Assembly (NCBI GenBank): GCA_965227775.1
Contig: OZ245777.1
Location: 352,001 to 416,000, forward strand
From: Phycisphaerales bacterium
Lineage (GTDB): Bacteria; Planctomycetota; Phycisphaerae; Phycisphaerales; UBA1924
Length of the DNA stretch: 64,000 bases
Direction of reading: 5' to 3'
The position numbers and the translations under genes are program-made. This document shows positions 40,418-50,056 of the stretch, piece after piece. Numbering within the stretch: position 1 is the stretch's first letter; every line of letters begins with the position of its first letter. A model generated the notes under the pieces. That model made no database searches, was not told the origin of the DNA, and was given only the letters and a program-made list of their open reading frames with translations.

Positions 40418-41458
40418 ATGATGACCAGCGATCCATCAGCGACAACAACCGACAACGCCCTCTTTGCGCGCGCCGCCCGCGATGCCGTCGCGCAGGCGGC
40501 CATCGTGTGCCGGGCCGTGCAGGCCAGGCTCGACGACCTGCGGGCCATCACCAAGGACGACAAGAGCCCGGTGACCATCGCCGACTTTGCAAGCCAGGCG
40601 GTCGTCGCGAAGGTGCTGCAGCAGCATCTGGGGACGTCGATCGTGCTCGTGGGCGAAGAGGGCAGCGAGTATCTGCGCCAGCCCGAGCACGCGGCACACC
40701 TGAAGGCCGCGCTCGAGGCCGCCCATGAAGCCTGGCCCGAGGCGACCGAGGAGGAGTTCCTGGGCGCTATTGACGTGGGCGACGCCGACCCAACGGACGA
40801 CCACACGTACTGGACGCTCGACCCCATCGACGGCACCAAGGGCTTCCTGCGCGGCCAGCAGTATGCGGTGGCTCTCGCGTGGCTCGACCACGGCGTGCCC
40901 ACTGTTGGCGCCATGGCCTGCCCCAACCTGCCGATCTCGCACGCCGCGCCGCTCGATCGGGTCGACGCGCACGGCTCGATCTACTTGAGCGTGGCCGGCG
41001 AGGGCACGCTCGAGGCCCCGCTGGCCGACCCCACCGCCGACGCGACGCGCGTCCTGCGCGAGGATCTGGCACCCGATGAACCCGTGAGCGCGTGTATGTC
41101 GGTCGAGAAGGCCCACAGCAGCACCGACGACACGGCGCGCGTCATGGCCCTCGTCGGCCCGGAGCGCGAACCGGCGCGGCTCGACAGCCAGTGCAAGTAC
41201 GCCGTCGTCGCGCGCGGCCAGGCCGACGCGTACCTGCGCCTGCCCACCCGGAAGGGCTACGTCGAGCGCATCTGGGACCACGCCGCCGGCGCGCTCGTCG
41301 CGACAGAGGCCGGCTGCGTCGTCAGCGATGCTTCGGGCCTGCCACTGGACTTCAAGCATGGCAAGGGCCTGGAGCGAAACCGCGGCGTCGTGTGTGCGCC
41401 CCCGAGCGTGCACGATCGCGTGATCAAGGCAATCAAGGAACTCGGGCTGCTGGGCTAG
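40418..41458 (+). CDS. 3'(2'),5'-bisphosphate nucleotidase, HAL2/SAL1-like (start 40418 or 40421)
   Basis: KDDKSPVTIADF, GEE, LDPIDGTKGFLRGQQYAV, DSQCKY, YVERIWDHAAG. Confidence 0.9.
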   Translation: MMTSDPSATTTDNALFARAARDAVAQAAIVCRAVQARLDDLRAITKDDKSPVTIADFASQAVVAKVLQQHLGTSIVLVGEEGSEYLRQPEHAAHLKAALEAAHEAWPEATEEEFLGAIDVGDADPTDDHTYWTLDPIDGTKGFLRGQQYAVALAWLDHGVPTVGAMACPNLPISHAAPLDRVDAHGSIYLSVAGEGTLEAPLADPTADATRVLREDLAPDEPVSACMSVEKAHSSTDDTARVMALVGPEREPARLDSQCKYAVVARGQADAYLRLPTRKGYVERIWDHAAGALVATEAGCVVSDASGLPLDFKHGKGLERNRGVVCAPPSVHDRVIKAIKELGLLG

Positions 41459-41467
41459 GCGTCCAGG

Positions 41468-42727
41468 TCAGCCCTCGCGCACCACCACCAGCACGCACCG
41501 GTCATCGACCACGCGTTCCTCGCTGAAGGCCCCTACTGCAACGCGGATGGCCTCGGCGATGGCGTCGGGGTCGGGCTCGGCGTGCTTGATGGCCTCGTCG
41601 AGGCGCTCGACGCCGAACTGCTCGCCGTGCTCGTCGAAAGACTCGATGATGCCATCGGTGTAGAGCACCATGCACTCGCCCCGGCGGAGCACGCCTGCCG
41701 CGCCCACCGTGTCCAGGTGCTCCAAGATCCCAAGCGGCGGGCTGGCATCGCCCGTGATCGCTTCGACCGTGCCATCGCGGCGACGCACCCGCGGCACGTG
41801 GTGGCCGGCGTTGGCGTAGACGAACCGACCGCTCTTTGGATTGAAGGCGACGAAGATGGCCGTTACGAATCGCTCGCCATTCAGGCTCTCAAACAGCACG
41901 GCGTTGACGTCGGTTACAACGGTGTTGGCGGGCCTGCCGAAGGCGCGGTAGGCCATCAGCACGCTTCGAAGCATGCCCATCGCCACAGACGCGGGGGGCC
42001 CGTGGCCCGAGACGTCGGCAACAACCACCCCGAACTGGCCGTTGCCGAAGTCGCGGAAGTCGTAATAATCTCCGCCCACTTCCTCGCTGGGCTCGTACCA
42101 CACCGCGAAGCTCAAACCCTTCACCGCGGGCGGATGGGGCGGCACGATCGAGCGCTGCGCATCGAGGATGGACTCGAGCGACTCGCTCAGACGCTCGTTG
42201 AGCGCCTCGGCACGCTCAACGAGTTCCTCGCGCTCGCCGGCAAGGCCCATCATGTTGGCCATCTGCGTGAGCACGAGCAGCTCGTGCTCGCCCAGCTCCC
42301 ACGCTTCACCACGGAAGAACACCGACCACTCTTCCGCACGACCACCGTGGAAGATCGGCAGTACAACCGCGTGCATCGGCGTCGGACGCCCGCCAAACGC
42401 AACCGTCGGTGTGCCGTGCCCTTCGATCTTCAACATGCACGGACGCTGATGCTGGGCGAGTTGCTCAAGGATGGCCGACTGATGAAACTCGGGTTGGACC
42501 GCCATGCCCCACCGTCCATCCACCATGACGGTGTCCGGATCGAGCTCCCCGGAGGGCAGGTCGACCACGCTGAGCATCTGGAACCAGCCGGGGCGGTCCG
42601 ACGCGAGCATGAAGTTCACGAAGAGCTCGGCGCCAAAAAGCCCACGCATGCGCCGAAGCAAGCGATAGCCGTGCTCGGCCAGCGACTCGGCCTCGCTGGC
42701 CTCACGGAGGAGCTCGACATAGTCCAT
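41468..42727 (-). CDS. PP2C/SpoIIE (RsbU-like) serine phosphatase with N-terminal GAF-like region
   Basis: VGGDYYD, ADVSGHG, NAGH, LYTDG, DDRC motifs. Confidence 0.9.
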   Translation of the reverse strand: MDYVELLREASEAESLAEHGYRLLRRMRGLFGAELFVNFMLASDRPGWFQMLSVVDLPSGELDPDTVMVDGRWGMAVQPEFHQSAILEQLAQHQRPCMLKIEGHGTPTVAFGGRPTPMHAVVLPIFHGGRAEEWSVFFRGEAWELGEHELLVLTQMANMMGLAGEREELVERAEALNERLSESLESILDAQRSIVPPHPPAVKGLSFAVWYEPSEEVGGDYYDFRDFGNGQFGVVVADVSGHGPPASVAMGMLRSVLMAYRAFGRPANTVVTDVNAVLFESLNGERFVTAIFVAFNPKSGRFVYANAGHHVPRVRRRDGTVEAITGDASPPLGILEHLDTVGAAGVLRRGECMVLYTDGIIESFDEHGEQFGVERLDEAIKHAEPDPDAIAEAIRVAVGAFSEERVVDDRCVLVVVREG

Positions 42728-42833
42728 CGAGCCGATCGAGTTTTCTGATGCACTCGGCGGCACGCGGGAGGGTATCCGACGCCCGGCGATGCGGGCACGG
42801 ATCGGGTCTTCCTCCGCCGTCTTTCGCCGAGAA

Positions 42834-43724
42834 TCAGCCCAAGAGGTCGAGCACCCGCTCCTGGTTCTGCAAGCCCGCGCTGATGGCTCCCAGTGTCGCC
42901 TCGGTGCGGATGTTCGCCCGTATGAGGCGGGCCGACTCCTCCGCGAAGTCGGCATCGCGCACGAGCGATCGGGCCGACGAGAGCGACTCGATCTGCACGC
43001 CAATCGAGGCCAGACGCGGCGCGATGACGTTCTTGCTCAGGGCCCCGAGCGCACCGAGCTGGGTGTTCACCTGCTCGCGGGCAGCTCCCAGGATGCGCTG
43101 GGCGAGCCCCGGATTCTCAAGCAGCGAACCCGCCCCGCCGGCCGCGAGATCGGACAGGTTCACCTTCACCGCGTCGGGATCGACGATGACCTCGCCCGTG
43201 TCGCTGACCTCGGGCTCGATGTCGTAGACCTCACCCAGCTTCGAAGGGTTGAGGGCCGCGATGGTCTCGAACGACCCATCACCCAATGGAATCTTGAAGG
43301 TGCCGTTGAGCAGCTTCTGATCGTTGAATTCGGCCCCGGACGCAAGGCGATCAACCGTCTGCAGGATCGAGTCCATCTCGAGTTGGAGCGCCTCACGCTC
43401 GCTCTCGGAGAGCCCCGCGGTGTTGGCAGCCGTCACGGCGAGCCCCTCGGCCTGGATCAAGAGGCCCGAGATCTCGGCGATCGTGCCCTCGGCCGCATTG
43501 ACTACTGACTGGCTGCGGTCCAATGCCCGAGACTCGGCCTCGAGCGACTTGAGCGCCGCCGAAATCGCCTCGCTCGACATCAGGCCCGCCGGATCGTCGG
43601 ACGCGCGGTTGATCCGCAGCCCCGTCGAGAGGCGTTCGAGCGCGCTGTTGCGCTCAGCCTGGTTCAATCCCAGGATCCGCAGGCCGGTATTCACCGGCGA
43701 CGAGCCAATTCCGATCGGCTGCAT
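42834..43724 (-). CDS. Short flagellin-like protein
   Basis: LERLSTGLRINRASDDPAGL N-domain; SARSLVRDADFAEE C-domain; AAGGGAGG RBS. Confidence 0.88.
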   Translation of the reverse strand: MQPIGIGSSPVNTGLRILGLNQAERNSALERLSTGLRINRASDDPAGLMSSEAISAALKSLEAESRALDRSQSVVNAAEGTIAEISGLLIQAEGLAVTAANTAGLSESEREALQLEMDSILQTVDRLASGAEFNDQKLLNGTFKIPLGDGSFETIAALNPSKLGEVYDIEPEVSDTGEVIVDPDAVKVNLSDLAAGGAGSLLENPGLAQRILGAAREQVNTQLGALGALSKNVIAPRLASIGVQIESLSSARSLVRDADFAEESARLIRANIRTEATLGAISAGLQNQERVLDLLG

Positions 43725-43893
43725 GTCGCACCCTCCCTTGGCGCTCGACTCCGCGGACCGCCGCCCCCACGACGCAAGCCCACGCTCAATGTGTCGCTTC
43801 CGCAGGGCAAATGGCCCATGCGAAAGCGACCGGGCGCGATCCGATCGCGCCGGAACAGTCGTCCCGATCGTCCTGATCGGAACTCCAACGGAG

Positions 43894-43921
43894 CTATCGG
43901 GCGGTGTGAAGCGTGACTTCA
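43894..43921 (-). promoter_or_regulatory. Sigma-28-like promoter of the flagellin-like gene
   Basis: Minus strand reads TGAAGTC-N13-CCCGATAG, overlapping the ftsY stop codon. Confidence 0.65.
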
Positions 43922-44851
43922 GGCCGATTCGGCAGCCGGGCCGAAGAGCCCCTCGACGAACGCCTCGGGGTCGAACGGTTGGAGGTCCTCGGCGGTCTCG
44001 CCCACGCCGATTAACTTCACGGGCACACCGCAGGTTTCGCGAACGGCGATGACCACGCCGCCCTTGGCCGTGCCGTCGAGCTTGGTGATGACAAGCCCCG
44101 ATAACGGCACAGCCTTCGCAAAGTGCTCGGCCTGGGCCACCGCATTCTGCCCGCTCGTCGCGTCGAGGACCAACAGCGACTCGTGCGGCGCGCCATCGAT
44201 GCGCTTGCCGGCAACCTTGGCGATCTTCTCGAGCTGGCGCATGAGTGCTTCTTGCGTTTGCAAGCGACCGGCGGTGTCGAGGATCACCACGTCGACGCCC
44301 CGTGATGCGCCGGCCGCGCAAGCATCGAACGCAACGGCTGCCGGATCTCCGCCTTGCTGGCCTCGCACGACGTCGACGCCAATGCGCTCGGCCCATACCT
44401 CGAGCTGGCGCACGGCTCCCGCGCGGAACGTGTCGCACGCGCCCAGCAGCACGGTCTTGCCGTCCTCACGAAGGGCGTGGCAGAGCTTGGCGATTGTAGT
44501 CGTCTTGCCCACTCCATTGACGCCCGTGATGAGCAGCACCGTCGGGCCATCCTCGGCGTACCTGAGGCCCAGATCCTCGGGCGGCCACATGGCCGAGACC
44601 GATCGCTTGAGGTAGCCGATCGCGTCCTCGCCCTTCTCGAGCTTGCCGGCCTTAACGTCCGCTCGCAGGCCTTCGATCAACCGCCGCGTCGCCTGCACGC
44701 CCACATCGGCGCGCAGCAGCACGGCTTCGATCTCCTTGATGAGCGTCTCGTCGAGCTTGCGACCCGCGACGAGGTCGCGCAGCGGGTCGATGAGCACCGA
44801 CCGGGTGCGCTTGAGCGAGTCCTTGATCTTGCGCCCGAGCGACTTCAGCAC
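43919..44851 (-). CDS. ftsY: Signal recognition particle receptor FtsY
   Basis: GVNGVGKTTT, DTFRAGA, DTAGRLQ, TKLDGTAKGG. Confidence 0.97.
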   Translation of the reverse strand: MLKSLGRKIKDSLKRTRSVLIDPLRDLVAGRKLDETLIKEIEAVLLRADVGVQATRRLIEGLRADVKAGKLEKGEDAIGYLKRSVSAMWPPEDLGLRYAEDGPTVLLITGVNGVGKTTTIAKLCHALREDGKTVLLGACDTFRAGAVRQLEVWAERIGVDVVRGQQGGDPAAVAFDACAAGASRGVDVVILDTAGRLQTQEALMRQLEKIAKVAGKRIDGAPHESLLVLDATSGQNAVAQAEHFAKAVPLSGLVITKLDGTAKGGVVIAVRETCGVPVKLIGVGETAEDLQPFDPEAFVEGLFGPAAESA

Positions 44852-45306
44852 GCGTTGGGCTCCACCGTGTCGGTCGGCTGGCCTGCCAGGCGTCGCATCG
44901 CCGCGTCGAGCAGCGCGTTCACGAAGCTCGGGCTCTTCTCCGTGCTGAACTGACGCGCCATGTCGACCGCCTCGTCGATGGCGACCTTGGGCGGGGTCTT
45001 CTGCGAGGCCATCTCGTGGTATGCCAGGCGGAGGATCGCGCGATCGACGGCCGGCTGCCGCGACGCGGGCCAGCCCGGGCTGAGCTCCTCAAACAGCTCG
45101 TCGGCCTCACGCCGCGCAGCAAAGGCGCTCAGCGCCAGCTTCTCGGCCTGCCGCAGCTCGCGTGGCTCGAGGTCTTCGCTCTCTTCACCTACCGAGTCCC
45201 GCAGCGAAGCGAGGACGGGTTCGTCGGGCTCGTCCGGCGCTCCGACAGCATCGAGCCCGTACAACAACTGGAAGGCCGCGATGCGTACGCGCTGGGTCGA
45301 GGTCAT
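44845..45306 (-). CDS. nusB: Transcription antitermination factor NusB
   Basis: DRAILRLAYHEM, PPKVAIDEAVDMARQFSTEKSPSFVNALLD; follows ribH. Confidence 0.93.
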   Translation of the reverse strand: MTSTQRVRIAAFQLLYGLDAVGAPDEPDEPVLASLRDSVGEESEDLEPRELRQAEKLALSAFAARREADELFEELSPGWPASRQPAVDRAILRLAYHEMASQKTPPKVAIDEAVDMARQFSTEKSPSFVNALLDAAMRRLAGQPTDTVEPNAC

Positions 45307-45860
45307 GCCGACCCCTTGCCGTTCATGCCCGCGGCGGCCGCCTTGTCGGTGCCGCCCGCCAGGGGAGGCATCGCCTCGGGCGAGAGCATCTCCGGCTGGT
45401 TGCGCACCGCGGCGGTCCGCATGCGGCGGAGCTCGTCGATCGACTCGAGCGCCGCAGCCATCGCCTCGGCCCCCTTGTTGCCCTTGGCCCCGTCGGCCCG
45501 ATCGCGAGCCTGCTCGTCGGTGTTGGCGGTGATCACGCCGAAGCACACCGGCACGCCCGACTCGGCGGCCAGATGGGCCAGCCCCTGGGCGACCGCGTCG
45601 TTGATGTGCTGGTCGTGGGTGGTCTGCCCCTTGATGACGCAGCCCAGCGCGACCACGGCCTCGAAGGCCCCGGTCCGCAGCGCGGCCGAACTGAGAGCGA
45701 CCAGCTCGAACGCCCCGGGGGCCCGCAGCACGGCCGGTCGCGCGCCCGGCCACCGCTTGGCGAGCGTCTCGACCGCCCCGCGCAGCATGGGTCCTGTGAT
45801 GGAGTGGTTATACCGACTGACCACGATGGCCACCGGGGGAGGTTGCTCGGAACTGTGCAT
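45303..45860 (-). CDS. ribH: 6,7-dimethyl-8-ribityllumazine synthase
   Basis: IVVSRYN, PGAFEL, LGCVIKGQTTH, FGVIT, GNKGAEA. Confidence 0.95.
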   Translation of the reverse strand: MHSSEQPPPVAIVVSRYNHSITGPMLRGAVETLAKRWPGARPAVLRAPGAFELVALSSAALRTGAFEAVVALGCVIKGQTTHDQHINDAVAQGLAHLAAESGVPVCFGVITANTDEQARDRADGAKGNKGAEAMAAALESIDELRRMRTAAVRNQPEMLSPEAMPPLAGGTDKAAAAGMNGKGSA

Positions 45861-45931
45861 CGGGTCATCGTAGGGGCACGAACGCGGCAGGCCGCCCCGG
45901 AAGCGGGGTCCCCGGGGCAGTACCATGGCCC

Positions 45932-46924
45932 TTGCGGCAGCGCCTGGTCAAACTCACCGACGTGCTCCAGCTCACCCGCTTCGCCACCGCGTTCGCGGCC
46001 GTGGGCAACGTCTGGCTGGTCATCCTCTGGACGCGGGCCACGCCCGACGAGCTGACCACGCTGCCGGTGACCGCCCCGATGCGCACGGCACCCCTGGCGT
46101 TGCTGCTGCTGGGCGGGGCCGTCGCGGCGATCGGGCTCTATGCCTTCACGCTGGGGCTGAACGACATCGTCGACCGCCGGCGCGACCGGGCGCTGGGGGC
46201 CGACCGCCCGATCCCCACCGGCCGGATCGGGCTCGACCTTGCCACCATCATCGTGGCCGGATCGGTGTTCGCGGCGGTACTGGGCGCGTCGTTCTTTGGC
46301 ACCGGGGCGGTCCGCCTGACGGTTCTGGTCGCCGCGGCCGCGCTGGCGTTCAACGTCGTGGGCAAGTTCGTGCCCGGTGCCGGGCCGCTGCTGCTAGGGC
46401 TGATCTTTGCTGGGCACATGGTGATACCCAATATCCAGCTGCACTTTGTCTGGCCCGTGCTCGTGGTGATGACCCACGCGCTGGCTGTTGAGTGGGCGGC
46501 CTGGGTCATCGGCCGGCGGAGCCCGGCGATCAGCCGCCGCGCCGTTGCTGCCATCACGCTAGGCTGGCTGTTCTGGGCGTCGGTCATCCTGCTCATCGGC
46601 TCGTTCAACACCAGCGGGCTGGAGACCTGGCCCAAGTGGCCCAGCCGCATCAGCGCGCTGCTCATCACGGCGCTCGCGATCACGTTCATCATCTACATGA
46701 CCCATAAGGTGCGCAAGACCGGGCCCGGCCCGCGCGCCGCTGAGAAGCTCCGCCGATATGGCGCCATCTGGCTCGTGCTCTACGGCGTCGCCTGGGTGAT
46801 CACCGAGGGCTACTGGCTCGCGACGTTCATCCTGGCCGGGCTCGGCATCGTCGGGCTCATCGTGATGACGGTGGCGCGCGAGGCGTACCACCTGGCGCAC
46901 CAGCCGATGGGCTACCGCCGGTAG
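45932..46924 (+). CDS. UbiA-superfamily membrane protein
   Basis: LNDIVDRRRD...RPIPTGRI motif and multiple TMs; TTG start after a TACCAT -10 box. Confidence 0.7.
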   Translation: MRQRLVKLTDVLQLTRFATAFAAVGNVWLVILWTRATPDELTTLPVTAPMRTAPLALLLLGGAVAAIGLYAFTLGLNDIVDRRRDRALGADRPIPTGRIGLDLATIIVAGSVFAAVLGASFFGTGAVRLTVLVAAAALAFNVVGKFVPGAGPLLLGLIFAGHMVIPNIQLHFVWPVLVVMTHALAVEWAAWVIGRRSPAISRRAVAAITLGWLFWASVILLIGSFNTSGLETWPKWPSRISALLITALAITFIIYMTHKVRKTGPGPRAAEKLRRYGAIWLVLYGVAWVITEGYWLATFILAGLGIVGLIVMTVAREAYHLAHQPMGYRR

Positions 46925-46935
46925 GCTCGGCCGGG

Positions 46936-47805
46936 CTACCTCTTCGTTCGCCCGCACTCGGGACACGTCGCGCCCGCAACGCGGCGCAGGTCGTAGCCAC
47001 AGCGCACGCACCGGCCGGCCATGTGGCGGTGCAACGAGCGAAGCAGTTCGATGCCCGTGATCAGGGCGAACCAAGAAACGGCATAGAAGAGCGTGTTTGC
47101 GATCGCTGCTGGCGCGATGACGCCGAAGGGCAAGGAGAGTGCCACTGGCTGGCCGCCGATAGGAGGTGCGCGCTTGAACGCGTCGATCGTAACTAGGCGA
47201 CTCTCGAACTCGGTCTGCTGGTATGACGAGCCATCGGATGTGGCTTCGAATCCAGTGATGCCCACGAGCATCGGCAAAGGCCAGCCGGCACGCATGATGC
47301 CTACGAAGAAGTTGTCCGCTTGCATCGTGGCCATGCGCCGTTCGAGGATCGACGGAGGAAACGAAGCCACCTGTTCGTCGATGCGCTCTATGGGTGGCAA
47401 CAACGCCGTCATGTCATCAATTGGATCGGTCAGACTGCCCGACGACTTGTTGATGACTGCCTCGACCTGGGTTGCGAACTCCCGAAGTTCACGCTCTCGA
47501 ACTTCGGCGTACGCCGCCCCGCCCATTTCCAGCACTCGCTGCGCTTCACGCTGATGGTACTCAGAACCGAGGTACGTTCGGTTCAGCCGATTCCCACTCC
47601 ACGACTCGCCCTCAAGGCCAGGGCGCCCATGGGCCTGATGCTCGAGGAGCCACGGCTGGACGACACCAACACCCCGTGCGACCCACGCAGGTGAGGCTTG
47701 CATCCAGCCGGCCCACATTGCGAACGTCAGGCCCCACGCAACCAGCCATGCGGTAGCAAATCCCAGCACGACGCTCCACAGAGATCGGCGGATCCAACGA
47801 GCCAT
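46936..47805 (-). CDS. Hypothetical membrane protein with C-terminal Zn-ribbon
   Basis: N- and C-terminal TMs; AGWP motif; C-terminal CVRCGYDL...CPECG. Confidence 0.75.
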   Translation of the reverse strand: MARWIRRSLWSVVLGFATAWLVAWGLTFAMWAGWMQASPAWVARGVGVVQPWLLEHQAHGRPGLEGESWSGNRLNRTYLGSEYHQREAQRVLEMGGAAYAEVRERELREFATQVEAVINKSSGSLTDPIDDMTALLPPIERIDEQVASFPPSILERRMATMQADNFFVGIMRAGWPLPMLVGITGFEATSDGSSYQQTEFESRLVTIDAFKRAPPIGGQPVALSLPFGVIAPAAIANTLFYAVSWFALITGIELLRSLHRHMAGRCVRCGYDLRRVAGATCPECGRTKR

Positions 47806-47841
47806 AGAAGAACGTACCGAGCCGGCTGTTCGAAAGTTGCT

Positions 47842-48645
47842 CTAGAAAAGCCCCAAGGCGTAGAACATCGCGGTAAACACGAGGTCGGCGATGACGACCG
47901 CCACGACACTCTCGACCACCGTGCGCGTGGTGGCGGCGCCAACGCCCGCCGCACCGCCGGTCACGCGCAGGCCGTTGAGGCAGGCGATGACGCCGATGAG
48001 CAGGCCGAACACGAGGCTCTTCGCCACGCCCGTGAGAAAGTCGACGACCTTCACCTGGGAGAGCAGGTTCTCCCAGTAGATCACGAATGGAAGGTCGATC
48101 ACCAGGATCGACACGCCAATCGATGCGCCGATGGAGACCAGGCTCGCGAACACGCCCAACGCACCCATGCACGTGCACGTCGCGAACACGCGCGGCACCA
48201 CGAGGAAGCGCACCGGGTTGAGCGCGTGCGCTTCGAGTGCTTCGATTTCTTCGCCCACCACCATCGTGCCGATCTCGGCGGTGATGGCGGCGCCCGCGTA
48301 CCCGGTAAGCACGATGGCGCTGATGAGCGGACCAAGCTCGCGCAGCACGGCCACGCCGATGATATTGGCGAGCTTGTCCTTCTGACCAAGCTCGTCCAGC
48401 GGCGGCGCCATCTGCAGGCTCAAGATGAGCCCCACCGCCGCCGAGACGAGGCAGATGATCGCAATGGATCGCACGCCCACGCGGATGATCTGGGTGTTCA
48501 GGGCGGAAGAGCCCAGGCGGATGCGCGGGTCGCACACCGACCGCACGAGCCACACCACGGCCTGGGCCAGCAGGACGAGCATGTCGCCCATGTGATCGAC
48601 GGTATCGACCACGATGCCGCCCACGAACCCGAGCAGGCGCGTCAT
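47842..48645 (-). CDS. MlaE-family ABC transporter permease
   Basis: RELGPLISAI, GAAITAEIGTM..EEIEAL, LVVPR, GVGAATT. Confidence 0.92.
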   Translation of the reverse strand: MTRLLGFVGGIVVDTVDHMGDMLVLLAQAVVWLVRSVCDPRIRLGSSALNTQIIRVGVRSIAIICLVSAAVGLILSLQMAPPLDELGQKDKLANIIGVAVLRELGPLISAIVLTGYAGAAITAEIGTMVVGEEIEALEAHALNPVRFLVVPRVFATCTCMGALGVFASLVSIGASIGVSILVIDLPFVIYWENLLSQVKVVDFLTGVAKSLVFGLLIGVIACLNGLRVTGGAAGVGAATTRTVVESVVAVVIADLVFTAMFYALGLF

Positions 48646-48647
48646 GC

Positions 48648-49019
48648 CTACACCGCCGACGTCGTCTTGATTGCTTCGTCGAGCGTGCCGGCGATCGGGA
48701 AGACCGTGTCGAGGCGCGCGATCTCGAAGATCGAACGCACGCGGTCTTGCAGGCCGCAAAGCACCAGCCCAGCGCCCTTCTTGCGGCTGAGCTGCAAGCC
48801 GCGCACGAGGGTCGCGACACCCGAGCTATCCATGTACGTCACGCCCGAGAGGTCGACGACCACGCCGCCGCCCTTGGGCGCGCGGCCTACGGCATCTTGC
48901 AGCGCCGTCTGCAGGTCGGGGGAGCGCATGATGTCGATCTCACCCCCAAGGCTGACCACCACGGCCTTCTCGCCCTCGGAGCGGATGTTGATTTCCTTCT
49001 GGTCGTGATCGTTGCTCAC
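48648..49019 (-). CDS. STAS-domain anti-sigma factor antagonist
   Basis: LGGEID, DLSGVTYMDSSG (conserved phospho-Ser), IFEIARL. Confidence 0.9.
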   Translation of the reverse strand: MSNDHDQKEINIRSEGEKAVVVSLGGEIDIMRSPDLQTALQDAVGRAPKGGGVVVDLSGVTYMDSSGVATLVRGLQLSRKKGAGLVLCGLQDRVRSIFEIARLDTVFPIAGTLDEAIKTTSAV

Positions 49020-49021
49020 GC

Positions 49022-49600
49022 TCACCCTTTCGCCGATCGAGTCGATCCGCCCTGGTCTCCAGCCGGCCGGGAAGGCCCGTCGCACCCGCACGTTCCGTCG
49101 TCGCAGCCGGCCGCGAGCGCCTTGGTCCGCTGGGCGCTGGGGCCGTCGGTGCGCTTCACGAGCGTCAGGCTCATGCCCGACTCTTGCCGCGGCGCGTACT
49201 CGGCCCGATCGACCACCTGGCGGATGATGTGCACGCCTAGCCCACCGGGGCGAACGTCATCGAGGTCCCGACCCTGGATCTTGCTCGGGTCGACCTGCTG
49301 GGCCTCGTCTTCGATCACGATGCAGATACCCGGGCCGTGCTCGCCGTCGTCGTTGAGCGGCCAGATCTTGACCCAGATCGGCCGGCCGAGGTCTTGCTTG
49401 TACCCGTGGCGGATGACGTTGCAGAGCGCCTCATCGACGGCGAGCGCCAGATGGGAGCTCGAGTCGTGGCTAAAGCCCATCCGCTTGGCCACGCCGGCCA
49501 CCAACTCGCGAGCGCCGGCCAGGTATCGCACGTCGCTGACCACGCGGAGCAAGATGTCCGGGGGCGACTGGGTGACCTCTTGGGGTAGGGTGTCGGTCAT
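49022..49600 (-). CDS. Anti-sigma factor / RsbW-like HATPase kinase
   Basis: LAVDEALCNVIRHGY, IED, PGGLGVHII. Confidence 0.88.
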   Translation of the reverse strand: MTDTLPQEVTQSPPDILLRVVSDVRYLAGARELVAGVAKRMGFSHDSSSHLALAVDEALCNVIRHGYKQDLGRPIWVKIWPLNDDGEHGPGICIVIEDEAQQVDPSKIQGRDLDDVRPGGLGVHIIRQVVDRAEYAPRQESGMSLTLVKRTDGPSAQRTKALAAGCDDGTCGCDGPSRPAGDQGGSTRSAKG

Positions 49601-49627
49601 AGAAATGGGGTGTACTCCGCGGCCCGA

Positions 49628-49978
49628 TCAGGGCGTCTCGGATCCTGCCAGGCTCGTTCCTTCTTGCTGATCGAGCCACCGCTTCCATCGGTCGATCGCG
49701 GCGCGGCGCTCGGCTTCTGGAGCCCAGGCATCGTAGCCGAAGCGGTCCTGGGCCGTCCGTTCCAGCGCGGCGATGGACATCGACCGCAGGGCCGGGTCGT
49801 CCGAACCGAGCGCGCGGACCATCTGGGTCAGATCGTCGTGCGAGGGCTGGCGAGCGGTGGCGACGACCGCCCGGATGCGCGAGCCGGCGTCGGGGGCCTC
49901 GAAATCGGCCGGTAGTGAGGCATTGCAACCCGCCATCGCGAGACCGCCGACCAAGATGGTTCTCAGAACCGTCCGCAT
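49628..49978 (-). CDS. Small HEAT-repeat lipoprotein
   Basis: Lipobox-like LAMAG-C; LGSDDPALRSMSIAALE repeat. Confidence 0.65.
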   Translation of the reverse strand: MRTVLRTILVGGLAMAGCNASLPADFEAPDAGSRIRAVVATARQPSHDDLTQMVRALGSDDPALRSMSIAALERTAQDRFGYDAWAPEAERRAAIDRWKRWLDQQEGTSLAGSETP

Positions 49979-50056
49979 GGCCAACCGTAGCCAATGCGGG
50001 CGGGGGACCTGCCGGCATATGCTTCGCGCTTCCCCATCGCGTGGAGGCAGTCCCTG

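Noticed and set aside
43725..44438. 534-aa ORF extending the flagellin-like gene into ftsY
   Set aside because: Overlaps ftsY in another frame; the RBS and flagellin motifs start at 43724
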